Below are positions 16,818 through 26,040 of a stretch of 64,000 nucleotides of DNA, in pieces (position 1 is the stretch's first letter; each line of letters begins with the position of its first letter). The DNA is from a virus. The notes beneath the pieces are model-generated. The model was not told the DNA's origin and made no database searches. It worked only from the letters and a program-made list of their open reading frames with translations. Made by a program: the position numbers and the translations under genes. The stretch lies in the IMG/VR virus record IMGVR_UViG_3300021960_000030, positions 47,865-111,864 of that record. One strand, given 5' to 3'.

Positions 16818-17466
16818 TGATCTTCTTTACGATGCCGTACGATATTCTATCATGAGTTTGCACAGGAACAAGGTTGAAGGAGATCGAGATGCGTTCTTCT
16901 TGAGTCTCACTCCTCTCTACCTTGTGTGGCAACCATGCTGGGAACATTATACACCTATTCACCATCGGTGGGTAACTAAACTGATTCCATAACCAAGGTT
17001 CACCCTCACCCAATGCAAAGTCCTGCATTGTACCTACTGAAGAGAAGTTAAATGCACTTGAATGATCTCTACAAAATACAATCTTGCCTGCATCTTCGGG
17101 TGCAGTGACATAGTATGCACCAGAGATTACAGAACCAGGATGTGTATGCGTGACATTGTAATCACTGCCGTTGTTTATATTGATCCACAGATTTGCTAAC
17201 TCCACATGTGTACCCTGTGGTTCAAATCGTGCATAGATTTCTGATGCCATCTCTGTGAGACGATTGGCAAGTTTGCCCAACTCATCATCAACAGTTAATA
17301 GATGTGCACCATTAAAATCATTTGACTGATACCCACCAACATTTGATCTAATCTGACCACCATACTCATCACGAACATGGTGGCAGATAGTCGTCAGTTC
17401 ATTGGTATCGAGTTCAAAGTCCTGCCACCATACTGGTGTAGGAAATAACAACTCTTGCGTAATCAT
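16807..17466 (-). CDS. 2OG-Fe(II) oxygenase (TIGR02466-like)
   Basis: SNVGGYQS, WININ, HTHPGSVISGAYY, FPAWLPHKV, RISISFN. Confidence 0.9.
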   Translation of the reverse strand: MITQELLFPTPVWWQDFELDTNELTTICHHVRDEYGGQIRSNVGGYQSNDFNGAHLLTVDDELGKLANRLTEMASEIYARFEPQGTHVELANLWININNGSDYNVTHTHPGSVISGAYYVTAPEDAGKIVFCRDHSSAFNFSSVGTMQDFALGEGEPWLWNQFSYPPMVNRCIMFPAWLPHKVERSETQEERISISFNLVPVQTHDRISYGIVKKINEC

Positions 17467-17852
17467 TACAAACCGATATTAACTTTCGGTGCGTCGTAAT
17501 CGGGATGCCATTCTTCCAGTTCTTTATACTTCTCACCCGATTTACCCTTTGTTCTCACCTTAGGTGCGGGACGCTCAGGTTCAATAACGTATGTGCGTTC
17601 TTCTTTACCTTCGATCTGAGTGAAGATGATATTCAGAGCATCAAGTGCACCCTCAATCTTTACAAGTTCATCACGCTTTCCTTGGAGATCTCTAAGATCG
17701 AATGTGGTACCACTTGTTTGTGAGGTGGGATTATTCGCGACACCATCGACTTGACCTTTGAGCACAAGATATTCTTCCATCTTGACTGCATGTTGCAGTG
17801 CAAGATTATCCCACAGTTCATCGATGGACGATACTTTAAGTTCTTCAGACAT
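17466..17852 (-). CDS. Hypothetical protein
   Basis: 128 aa coiled-coil. Confidence 0.65.
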   Translation of the reverse strand: MSEELKVSSIDELWDNLALQHAVKMEEYLVLKGQVDGVANNPTSQTSGTTFDLRDLQGKRDELVKIEGALDALNIIFTQIEGKEERTYVIEPERPAPKVRTKGKSGEKYKELEEWHPDYDAPKVNIGL

Positions 17853-18567
17853 GACGGTTCTCAATAATCTTTTGGTTGTTTTTAAGGACGCTATGTGTAT
17901 CTATGTTAAACTTAGATGTCATATTATATGAGATCGCTGCTTCAAACATGCGATCAGATTCATTAGCATCCTCGACTACATAGTCCCACTGTCTAAGCGA
18001 TTTGCGAAGAATAGGTGTGACTTGAAATAGTGGCGTTCCTGCTTCAATGAGTGTCTCACCCTCTAACACATGCCAATAAAGTTGTGCATTGAGTTGTGGA
18101 ACTCTTGTGGGATCAAAGATACCACTTGCAGCAGTAAAACGCTTCTCACCATTATATAGCACTGGGGATTGGATAAGCACAATATCCTTCGGTGCCCACA
18201 CTCTCCAGGTTGTACCCACCTTGATCACAGAATCCATACTGTGAGGTGGTGCAGATTCCTTTGCTTGCTTATCATCATGGATCGTAATGAATCCATTGTC
18301 AGTATCAAGCAACGTAGGAGACTTCCAATCTACAGTAACCCCATCACCATTGGTGATGATGTAGAAGTCACACGGAGCAGGAATAATAAACCCCGTATTG
18401 CTCCATTGTTTCAGTGCAGGACACTTGCTGGCATGTTGTTGTATAGCAGCAAATGGGCACTTTGACATACTGCGTTCCAGTTTGTGTGCTGGATATACAG
18501 GATGGCAATCTTTTACACCTGGGACTGTAGACCAAAACCTGATAGGTTTTCTCTTACGAAACAGCAT
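17845..18567 (-). CDS. Hypothetical protein (DUF6065/dUTPase-fold-like)
   Basis: KCPAL..GFIIPAPCDF ... IEAGTPLFQV. Confidence 0.65.
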   Translation of the reverse strand: MLFRKRKPIRFWSTVPGVKDCHPVYPAHKLERSMSKCPFAAIQQHASKCPALKQWSNTGFIIPAPCDFYIITNGDGVTVDWKSPTLLDTDNGFITIHDDKQAKESAPPHSMDSVIKVGTTWRVWAPKDIVLIQSPVLYNGEKRFTAASGIFDPTRVPQLNAQLYWHVLEGETLIEAGTPLFQVTPILRKSLRQWDYVVEDANESDRMFEAAISYNMTSKFNIDTHSVLKNNQKIIENRHV

Positions 18568-20107
18568 AGATGGTGTCCCTCAAATACTCATAAGATGTAG
18601 GTAGTTGCTTGATATATTCTAGCGCACAGTACATATGACTGTCAACCTGAGCATCCCACTGTGCAACAGGTGGAGTGCCAAATCGTTTCTCAGTGATAAT
18701 CTGTCCCTGTCCTCTAAGTGTAGCGAAGTCATTACCAGCGAGAACATACAAATCACCAGTAAACTCCTCAGGAAACTCATGCTTGACATACTTACAATCT
18801 GTCAGCAGTCGGAATGGATTATCCTCAGGATGATTCATGGCAAAGTGATTCTTTGCGTAGTCAATCTCTTCGGTCACATACCTCCAGTATGCTGTATCTC
18901 TACGCATCGAGAAGGCATAATGCCATGCAATGAAATCAGCAAATCCATCAATCTCACGATCAGCAGCATTATTGAACATTGCCTTTTCAATACTACTAAC
19001 CACACCACCTCTAGTCTGTAGTGTTTCAATCAGACGACGAATCTGTTCATGTACCGTCAACAATCCAGTGGACTCTAGTGGTTCTAAGAATCCATAGGAA
19101 AGACCAACACCAACAACATTCTTCACCCATGCTTTCTCATGCTTGCCACTGCGAAGATCAATGACACGGAAATCATCAGGTACATTTGTATGATGTTTGG
19201 CAAGATGCTCTCTGAACTCTTGTTCTGCACCTGATTCATTCTGAAACTTATCACACCAGACATATCCTGTGCCTGATCTAGTCCACAGAGGTACCTTCCA
19301 TACCCATCCATTGCCTAGTGCAGTACAGTTTGTATAGTTGACAATCTGAGTTGATGCATCATGATGCGGAATACGACAGACCGTTGCCTTATTGTTGGGG
19401 AGAATGTCATTGAATGGGATATGCTTAGACCCCATCAATCCTTCCAGCAACACAGACTTAAATCCTGTGCAGTCAACAAATAGATCTGCCTTTAGGAATA
19501 CATTGGTGTCAAGGTGCAGACGTTCGATGTTACCTTGCTCATCAAAGTCTGCATCCATAACATGTCCTTGAACGTATTTCACGTTCTTGCACACATTATT
19601 CTTCAACCATTGACCAAACTTGACTGCATCCATGTGATAGGAATAGTCCGTCCCCATGTCACCCCACTTACCAGAATCATCGATTCTGTTTTCTTCCATC
19701 AACAATGTGTTCCCATTTATCATTCTGGCGAATGAGTTAGGGTGTGAGTATTTCTCAGGATAAGCATTACGAAGCGCCCAGAAAGATACAAGTCCCCCAG
19801 GCAAAGCAGCGTTAGAAGGATCCACAAAAGGATAATCCCAGTGCGTACCGTCTTTCTTGTAGAAGTCTGTGAATCTGATTCCAACTTTATGTGTTGCTTC
19901 ACAATCTGCCATCCACTCTTCATCTTTCAACCCGAGCAAACACATATACATGTTGATATGCCCTAAAGTAGATTCCCCGACGCCAGTAATAGGCACATCG
20001 GGGGACTCTACAAGGGTTACGTTATATTCAGGGAGGAGTCTTTCAAAGGCGGCAGCGGTCATCCAACCAGCAGATCCACCGCCTACAATAACAACATTAC
20101 GAATCAT
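18554..20107 (-). CDS. prnA: Flavin-dependent halogenase (tryptophan halogenase family)
   Basis: GGGSAG FAD motif, GVGEST, catalytic Lys in ATHKVGIRF, GWVWKVP, FLEPLESTG. Confidence 0.9.
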   Translation of the reverse strand: MIRNVVIVGGGSAGWMTAAAFERLLPEYNVTLVESPDVPITGVGESTLGHINMYMCLLGLKDEEWMADCEATHKVGIRFTDFYKKDGTHWDYPFVDPSNAALPGGLVSFWALRNAYPEKYSHPNSFARMINGNTLLMEENRIDDSGKWGDMGTDYSYHMDAVKFGQWLKNNVCKNVKYVQGHVMDADFDEQGNIERLHLDTNVFLKADLFVDCTGFKSVLLEGLMGSKHIPFNDILPNNKATVCRIPHHDASTQIVNYTNCTALGNGWVWKVPLWTRSGTGYVWCDKFQNESGAEQEFREHLAKHHTNVPDDFRVIDLRSGKHEKAWVKNVVGVGLSYGFLEPLESTGLLTVHEQIRRLIETLQTRGGVVSSIEKAMFNNAADREIDGFADFIAWHYAFSMRRDTAYWRYVTEEIDYAKNHFAMNHPEDNPFRLLTDCKYVKHEFPEEFTGDLYVLAGNDFATLRGQGQIITEKRFGTPPVAQWDAQVDSHMYCALEYIKQLPTSYEYLRDTIYAVS

Positions 20108-20110
20108 ACT

Positions 20111-20683
20111 TTAGTTCCACTCAGGCATTGCATCTCTAGGAAGTACGGGATCCTGATTAGGATCAAATGGGCAACCGTCACCCTCAACCATATGGGTGAC
20201 ATACAGTTTATAGTCGGGATCATTCACCAGATCGGGGAATGCTTCCTCTGCCTCTGCACGAGTCATCCATGCAGGGATGTCCTCATTATGAGACCATGGT
20301 TTATACTTATCGATCGGTTGTCCGTTCTCATCATACTCCAACTCACCGTACTTGGCAAGAGTTTCATCCTTGACAGATTGAACTGCCTTGAAAAACTTAC
20401 CTTCTTTTGCTGCTTCACCAAACACTCCTGCCTTGATGTCATCAAACAGTCTAGCAAACTGTGCACCAGATGCACCATAACCAACGATTCTTGCTGCGAA
20501 AGGATCAACATGACCATGATCAGGAATCCACTCGTTAAACTCAAGTTTCCAATCGAGTGTTATCTCATCGGGTGCATCTACCCAGCGAAGTTTAGCGCCA
20601 GGACCAGTGTAGATCTCAAACTCTGCGCCTGGGTCTACAATGTCGGTTGGAAATCCTGTTGCGGAAATAAGTGCTCTTTTCAT
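20111..20683 (-). CDS. Putative tail fibre chaperone/accessory protein
   Basis: Directly downstream of Gly-rich fibre gene; call rests on position. Confidence 0.5.
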   Translation of the reverse strand: MKRALISATGFPTDIVDPGAEFEIYTGPGAKLRWVDAPDEITLDWKLEFNEWIPDHGHVDPFAARIVGYGASGAQFARLFDDIKAGVFGEAAKEGKFFKAVQSVKDETLAKYGELEYDENGQPIDKYKPWSHNEDIPAWMTRAEAEEAFPDLVNDPDYKLYVTHMVEGDGCPFDPNQDPVLPRDAMPEWN

Positions 20684-20690
20684 TTGATTA

Positions 20691-21494
20691 TCAGTTGAAG
20701 TTGTAGACTACCACATAACCTTGGCGACCATCGCCACCACGCTCAGAGTTACGACCAGCGGTACCGCCAGCACCCCATGCAGCGTGTCCACGGTGGTTCT
20801 GAGACCATTGTTGTTGGTGGTGAGAAGTACCAGAGGCACCACCCCAGAAAGAGGATCCACCGAATCCAATGCCAGGTTGACCGTTTTCGTGACCGTTACC
20901 AGATCCACCATAGACCTGAATAGCACCCTGAGAAGGCGAACCACCAAGACCACCAACGTGTTGACGCTGACGGTTAGCACCCTGACCACCGCCAGAAGAA
21001 CAATAGTTACCAAAAGAAGAGGAACCACCGTTACCAGAACGACCCGAGTAACCGTCGCCACCACCACCACCGCCAACAGTCACGCCGATGGAGTTGATGT
21101 TAGCAACGTCAACGATCTGTTCTGTGTGTGCACCAGCACCACCAGATTCACCGTAACCAGATCCACCACCGCCACCAGCAGTACACTTCACCCAGATACG
21201 CTTAACACCGCTGGGTTTGTTCCAAGTGCTGTTGTTATTATATACGTTGATGGAAATCGGACCACCACCTGCCTCAATAGTGCCCCACGACAATGTACTG
21301 CCGTTAGTTGTCAGGTACTTACCAGATTGACCACTCTGAGAGGGGATAATCTGACCAGAAGAACCAGAGATAGTTCCGTTAATCTGGATGTTAGAAACAG
21401 TGAGAGTTCCGTTTGCAGTGATAGAACCACTGGAGAAGGAAAAACCACCTTGACCAGCGAGGTCTTTTACAGATGCAACTTTTAGGGTACTCAT
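20691..21494 (-). CDS. Glycine-rich tail fibre protein
   Basis: PSQSGQSGKYLTTNGSTLSW, WNKPSGVKRIWVKCTAGGGGG, VTVGGGG, GYVVVY. Confidence 0.8.
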   Translation of the reverse strand: MSTLKVASVKDLAGQGGFSFSSGSITANGTLTVSNIQINGTISGSSGQIIPSQSGQSGKYLTTNGSTLSWGTIEAGGGPISINVYNNNSTWNKPSGVKRIWVKCTAGGGGGSGYGESGGAGAHTEQIVDVANINSIGVTVGGGGGGDGYSGRSGNGGSSSFGNYCSSGGGQGANRQRQHVGGLGGSPSQGAIQVYGGSGNGHENGQPGIGFGGSSFWGGASGTSHHQQQWSQNHRGHAAWGAGGTAGRNSERGGDGRQGYVVVYNFN

Positions 21495-21517
21495 TCTTTT
21501 GAAACCTCTTTACAACT

Positions 21518-21525
21518 TATTTATA
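21518..21525 (-). promoter_or_regulatory. T4-type (gp55) late promoter
   Basis: TATAAATA ~24 nt before the start at 21494. Similar TAAATA sites on minus at ~26035, 29647, 36347, 37675, 37813, 45288, 49708, 56715, 57302, and on plus at 46881. Confidence 0.7.
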
Positions 21526-21529
21526 CAGA

Positions 21530-22405
21530 TCAATAACCAATACGGCGACCAATCATACGCCAACCTGCAGCGGATGCATCGTACCAAAGTTCACATTCGA
21601 TTCTATCATATGTAGATGGGTTACCATTGTTAGAAATACTCCACCAAGGAATACCGCTACCATTTACCCTAACACCTGTAATATATCCAGAGGGGGAACC
21701 GAAACCACCACGGATAATGAATACAAAGTGGAAGACAGATGTCATAATCGATTCACCAGATGTAGGTACATTGGTGAAATCAATAGTGTAGTTAGATCCG
21801 CTACCTGAGTCGGAATACCAATATGAAGATCTTCTAATATCGATGGGAACTACGCCACCACGATAGAAGTATTCTCTGTGACTTCTTCTTGCCGCTACTT
21901 CAAACCCTGCACCAGGGTCCATACGGAAGTGACCATCAGAGGAGATAGCGAGGTATCTCTTATACTCATAGGTATCAGTCTGCTTATCTGAGAACACAGT
22001 CCATGATGCACCGTTCTCAACAGTTACGGTGTATCCGTTCTGAATCTCAACCTCACCAAAGGTGAAACCGTTGGTGTACTCATCTCCACCGTTAGCAACA
22101 GAACCAACAGTGATATTCTCTTGGATGACTGTACCATTCGTACGAATGATTGAACCTTCACCAAGACTAGGACCACCGCCACCTACTGATGCCCAACCAG
22201 GCAAACCTTGACGAGCATCTTGCTTATAGATCTGTGCCTCATCTTCAGTTGTGTTATACACAACAGTACCAAACGCAGGAGTGCCAAGGGCATCAACTTG
22301 CGTTTGGTTAAGATCAGGAAGATTGATTTGTTCAGTAACGTCCCACGATGTCACGATGCCTCGTGTCGTCGCGTTTATCTGGTTACCGATAATCTTTGTC
22401 GTCAT
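21530..22405 (-). CDS. Tail fibre / virion structural protein
   Basis: GTVVYNTT, WASVGGGGPSLGEGSIIRTN..IQENITV, VTVENGASWTV fibre motifs. Confidence 0.7.
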   Translation of the reverse strand: MTTKIIGNQINATTRGIVTSWDVTEQINLPDLNQTQVDALGTPAFGTVVYNTTEDEAQIYKQDARQGLPGWASVGGGGPSLGEGSIIRTNGTVIQENITVGSVANGGDEYTNGFTFGEVEIQNGYTVTVENGASWTVFSDKQTDTYEYKRYLAISSDGHFRMDPGAGFEVAARRSHREYFYRGGVVPIDIRRSSYWYSDSGSGSNYTIDFTNVPTSGESIMTSVFHFVFIIRGGFGSPSGYITGVRVNGSGIPWWSISNNGNPSTYDRIECELWYDASAAGWRMIGRRIGY

Positions 22406-22426
22406 GTTATCCCTTCGGAGTGGTTA

Positions 22427-25400
22427 TTAGATTACGAGTTCACGGATCTGCAGCGTGTCTCCTGTTGCAGGAGGAGTGCCAACACTAAAGTCAACAGCAT
22501 TACCAGTGACGGTGTAATCAACGCCAGGAACCTGGCAAACACCATTCAAGAATACAAGGACAGAATATGCATTGTGACCAGCAGTAATAGCGAAGGAAGT
22601 GGTAGTACCATCGCCTGCATATGTCACACCTGCGTTACCATTAGCAACACCAGTTGCTAAAGAGTATTTATCAGCACAACCATATGTACCTGTAACATCG
22701 AAGTTACCTGTAATCTTGGCGTTGCCATTTACTTTCAATCTCCAAGATGCATCTGCTGCTTCACCCAGACCGAAGTGAGTGTTACCATTGAATCTACCTG
22801 TGAAGATCTGACCAGAATCAGAAATGCCGAACTTATACCAGACAGCATTATCATAGATCCAACCCAGAGGTGTGCCAGGTGTCCAGTCAATGTTATAGCA
22901 GATGTCACCATTGTTGAATGCAGTACCAACAGCAACATCAGGTTCACCGTTGGGGAGTTCTTCAGCGAGGAAGAACTGCTTCAACACAGTACCATCATCG
23001 TTGGAGAATGTTTGCTTGAGAGTTTGAATGTTCTCTTGAGATGTAATCTTCTTCTGGAAGGTTACAGGACCAGAGAATACAGATTCCAACTGGTTAGATG
23101 CACCACCGATAACAGTCAGTTTGTCGGTAAGCACAATCTCAGAGAAGGTTTCAATCTCACCCTCTTCACCAACAACGTTCAGTTGTGCAATATCTTCGGA
23201 TGTAATCGCACCCGTAACTGGGTTGATAACTTGGTTACCAATGTAGAGTTCACCGTCAGAGTTAACACCAGTGAAGTATGCAACGCCTGCTTCTTCTTTC
23301 AACTGCTGAGACAATCTCACTTCATCTTCACTCAGAACTTGTACCTGAGTAGAGGGGAATGCAGTTGAGTAGTTACCAGGACCGAAACCAAGGTATTCAA
23401 ACGTGTGACCAGATGCACGGAGAATCGAATAACGACGCAGTTCAATCAGCAGAGGTGCGACTGACTGGTCAGCATTCAGTTTGAGTGCAATCTTACGATC
23501 TTCTTCGTCACCCAGACGTGCAGTAACAGAAACACTATTCAGTGTGTTAGATGTAGTGTTGTATCCCAGGTTGTTCTCACCTTCAAGCAAGAAGAACTGT
23601 GCTGCTTCTCTAGTAATAGAACGCAGAGTATCAACTTTGGGTGTAGGTGTTGCACCATCGGTGGTCTTAACCAGACCGATAGTTTCGTTATCAGCAACAG
23701 ACACAGCGGCAGCAGGGTCAGCAGAAGGGTTATCTCTGTCGAATGCAGGATAAACATCCTGTGTTCTCTGAGAGAATGCCATGTCGTTGAAGTTATCCGT
23801 GGAAGGAGTAACCGACGCAGACAGAAGTGTCAGATAGTAGATACCATCTGCTTCACCACGAACAAACTCTTGGAATGTTTCTACAGCATAGATGTAGTAC
23901 ACCTTGCTATATGAAGGTGAGTTAGTTTCAGACGATCTAGGTTGCAGAACGAAACCAGTGATGGGTTGACGAGGAACGGGGAATGCATCCTTGTCCAGTA
24001 CATAACGGAAGCGATATGTTCTGTCAACAAGGTTACGGGGGTCGGGAACACGACGGATGAAACTCGGCGGAGAGAATGCCAAGTTCTGATACAACGAGTT
24101 CGCCAGAAGTGTGGTATAGATCGTGTTGTTGTTAGGATCAACTTGGATATACCAGTTATTCTGTGCAGGGTCCCACTTGATCGGGTTCAGACCTTCAATA
24201 TCATTAGGTCTTGTGCCTGTTACTTGAGGACCAGCGGGATTGATATATGCATAGTGAGTTGTAGGATCCGCAGCACCCGATGCTTTCAGAAGCACAAATA
24301 CTTGGTCGGGAAGTGATGCCGAGTCTCTACGTGCACCGATTGTGTAACCCTGAACCTTAGACGGCGGGGGTGCTGTCTCTACACTATAACCATACAGATA
24401 CAGTCTAGAACTATTAGCAGCAGCACGAGTCTTTGCAATGTCCAGAGACACCCAGTTTACTGGGACCTCAATAACATCCGACAGAGATTTCGGTGGAATG
24501 ATGTGGGTGATTGCACCTGCTTTATCTTTAGTAAATGCGGCGCTTGAGAAACCCTTTGAACGCAGCGAAGTGTTTCCAAAGTTCGAGTTTGAGTTAGTAA
24601 TGGATAGGTCACCACCAGACTCACTAAAGAAATGGTCACCAAATCCCACAGCGAACACAGACACAACCTGAATGAAACTGCCGTTGGATGCGTGAATATG
24701 GCAGTGCCGCCATCCTTTACGGTATTTCGCCAGACCGTTAATGTGTGCGCCCGATCCTTGTGCTTGTGCTTCATATGCACCAGTTGACTGGTTATAGAGA
24801 ACAAATGCACGGTCATCTTTCTGCAGAGAGATACCCGTGAACTGTGCAACCACCATCGATTTGAAACCAGTTGCACGGGAACCATCTGCGTGCATTCCAT
24901 TGATGCCCCAGACAGATCTCAATGAACAGTTAAACACATATGGCGATGCAGAGTCAACTGTATCGATCTCAACTTTAACCAGAATGTTAGAACCAAGAGC
25001 ATTACCTGATGGTTCTGCTGCCATCTGATAAGTGAACTGGTTACCTTGTGCAGATGTAATCAGGAACGAACCATTGTAAAGCAGTTGATCCTGCTCAGTT
25101 GGTCCAGTAACACCTGAGATATTAACAGCAACGCCCACTGAGAATCCATGATTCTTAGGATTACCCTGTTCGTCAACTGTGAATGCAGTAGCAGTCTGAC
25201 CATTTCGTACAATCTGAGAAACAGCAAACTCGTCAGAAATCGGACCAACGATTCTGTTTTCTTCGACTCGTGCCTGAATCTGGTCCTGAGCAACAATACC
25301 AGAGGAATCGGGAATAGTTGCGTAACCTTTGGAGATCTTCTGGTAGTACAGATCAAGATCGGAAGACTTCGCAAACTCAAAACAAGTTATCTTGTGGTGG

Positions 25401-26005
25401 GAATAGTTAGGAGCGATAGTTGCAATATCGTCACCACGATAATAAACACCATTGTTGTCACCATCGAAGAATGACATCTGCCAGAAGTACGATGCACCTG
25501 TCAGCAAGAAGATAGCAGACTTAACAGGTTCGTTGGCAGCAGTGATACCTAGGGTACCTGATGTTGTTGGGTACGGAACATACTTAGGTACGATCTTAGT
25601 GCGACGGAGGTCACTACCAACAACAGAACAACCTCTCGGTACGATAACCCCACCATCAGTTGAGTTGTACCTATAAAGGACATTCGCAGAACTTGTAATA
25701 TCGAAGTTAGTGTTGGCATCAAAAGGTTGAATAGCGTTGAAATCTGATACACCAGGGCGGTTGTCAATGACGTATTCTGATGGATACAGATAGATCGAGA
25801 ATGCGTCGAACTCGTCATTACTTAGACCGACACGATACGAGAAACGTGCCACCTCAAGGAAGGCACGTTGCAACGTCTTAAACGGACGCAGTGCTGAGTT
25901 TCCTCTGTTATCATATGCATCCGATGCATCGAAGTCGTCGGGGTTGACGTAGATAATACGTCCCGTCCTCGACGTGATGATATTCTTAAGACGAGTAAGT
26001 GCCAT
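22427..26005 (-). CDS. Large virion structural protein (beta-helix fibre-like)
   Basis: MALTRL..GRIIYVNPDDFDASD..NRGNS..RPFKTLQRA; VGSDLRRTKI; C-terminal VLVFLNGVCQVPGVDYTV repeat. Confidence 0.8.
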   Translation of the reverse strand: MALTRLKNIITSRTGRIIYVNPDDFDASDAYDNRGNSALRPFKTLQRAFLEVARFSYRVGLSNDEFDAFSIYLYPSEYVIDNRPGVSDFNAIQPFDANTNFDITSSANVLYRYNSTDGGVIVPRGCSVVGSDLRRTKIVPKYVPYPTTSGTLGITAANEPVKSAIFLLTGASYFWQMSFFDGDNNGVYYRGDDIATIAPNYSHHKITCFEFAKSSDLDLYYQKISKGYATIPDSSGIVAQDQIQARVEENRIVGPISDEFAVSQIVRNGQTATAFTVDEQGNPKNHGFSVGVAVNISGVTGPTEQDQLLYNGSFLITSAQGNQFTYQMAAEPSGNALGSNILVKVEIDTVDSASPYVFNCSLRSVWGINGMHADGSRATGFKSMVVAQFTGISLQKDDRAFVLYNQSTGAYEAQAQGSGAHINGLAKYRKGWRHCHIHASNGSFIQVVSVFAVGFGDHFFSESGGDLSITNSNSNFGNTSLRSKGFSSAAFTKDKAGAITHIIPPKSLSDVIEVPVNWVSLDIAKTRAAANSSRLYLYGYSVETAPPPSKVQGYTIGARRDSASLPDQVFVLLKASGAADPTTHYAYINPAGPQVTGTRPNDIEGLNPIKWDPAQNNWYIQVDPNNNTIYTTLLANSLYQNLAFSPPSFIRRVPDPRNLVDRTYRFRYVLDKDAFPVPRQPITGFVLQPRSSETNSPSYSKVYYIYAVETFQEFVRGEADGIYYLTLLSASVTPSTDNFNDMAFSQRTQDVYPAFDRDNPSADPAAAVSVADNETIGLVKTTDGATPTPKVDTLRSITREAAQFFLLEGENNLGYNTTSNTLNSVSVTARLGDEEDRKIALKLNADQSVAPLLIELRRYSILRASGHTFEYLGFGPGNYSTAFPSTQVQVLSEDEVRLSQQLKEEAGVAYFTGVNSDGELYIGNQVINPVTGAITSEDIAQLNVVGEEGEIETFSEIVLTDKLTVIGGASNQLESVFSGPVTFQKKITSQENIQTLKQTFSNDDGTVLKQFFLAEELPNGEPDVAVGTAFNNGDICYNIDWTPGTPLGWIYDNAVWYKFGISDSGQIFTGRFNGNTHFGLGEAADASWRLKVNGNAKITGNFDVTGTYGCADKYSLATGVANGNAGVTYAGDGTTTSFAITAGHNAYSVLVFLNGVCQVPGVDYTVTGNAVDFSVGTPPATGDTLQIRELVI

Positions 26006-26040
26006 TTATTCGGATTCCAACGGTGCCGTTTGACTATTTA

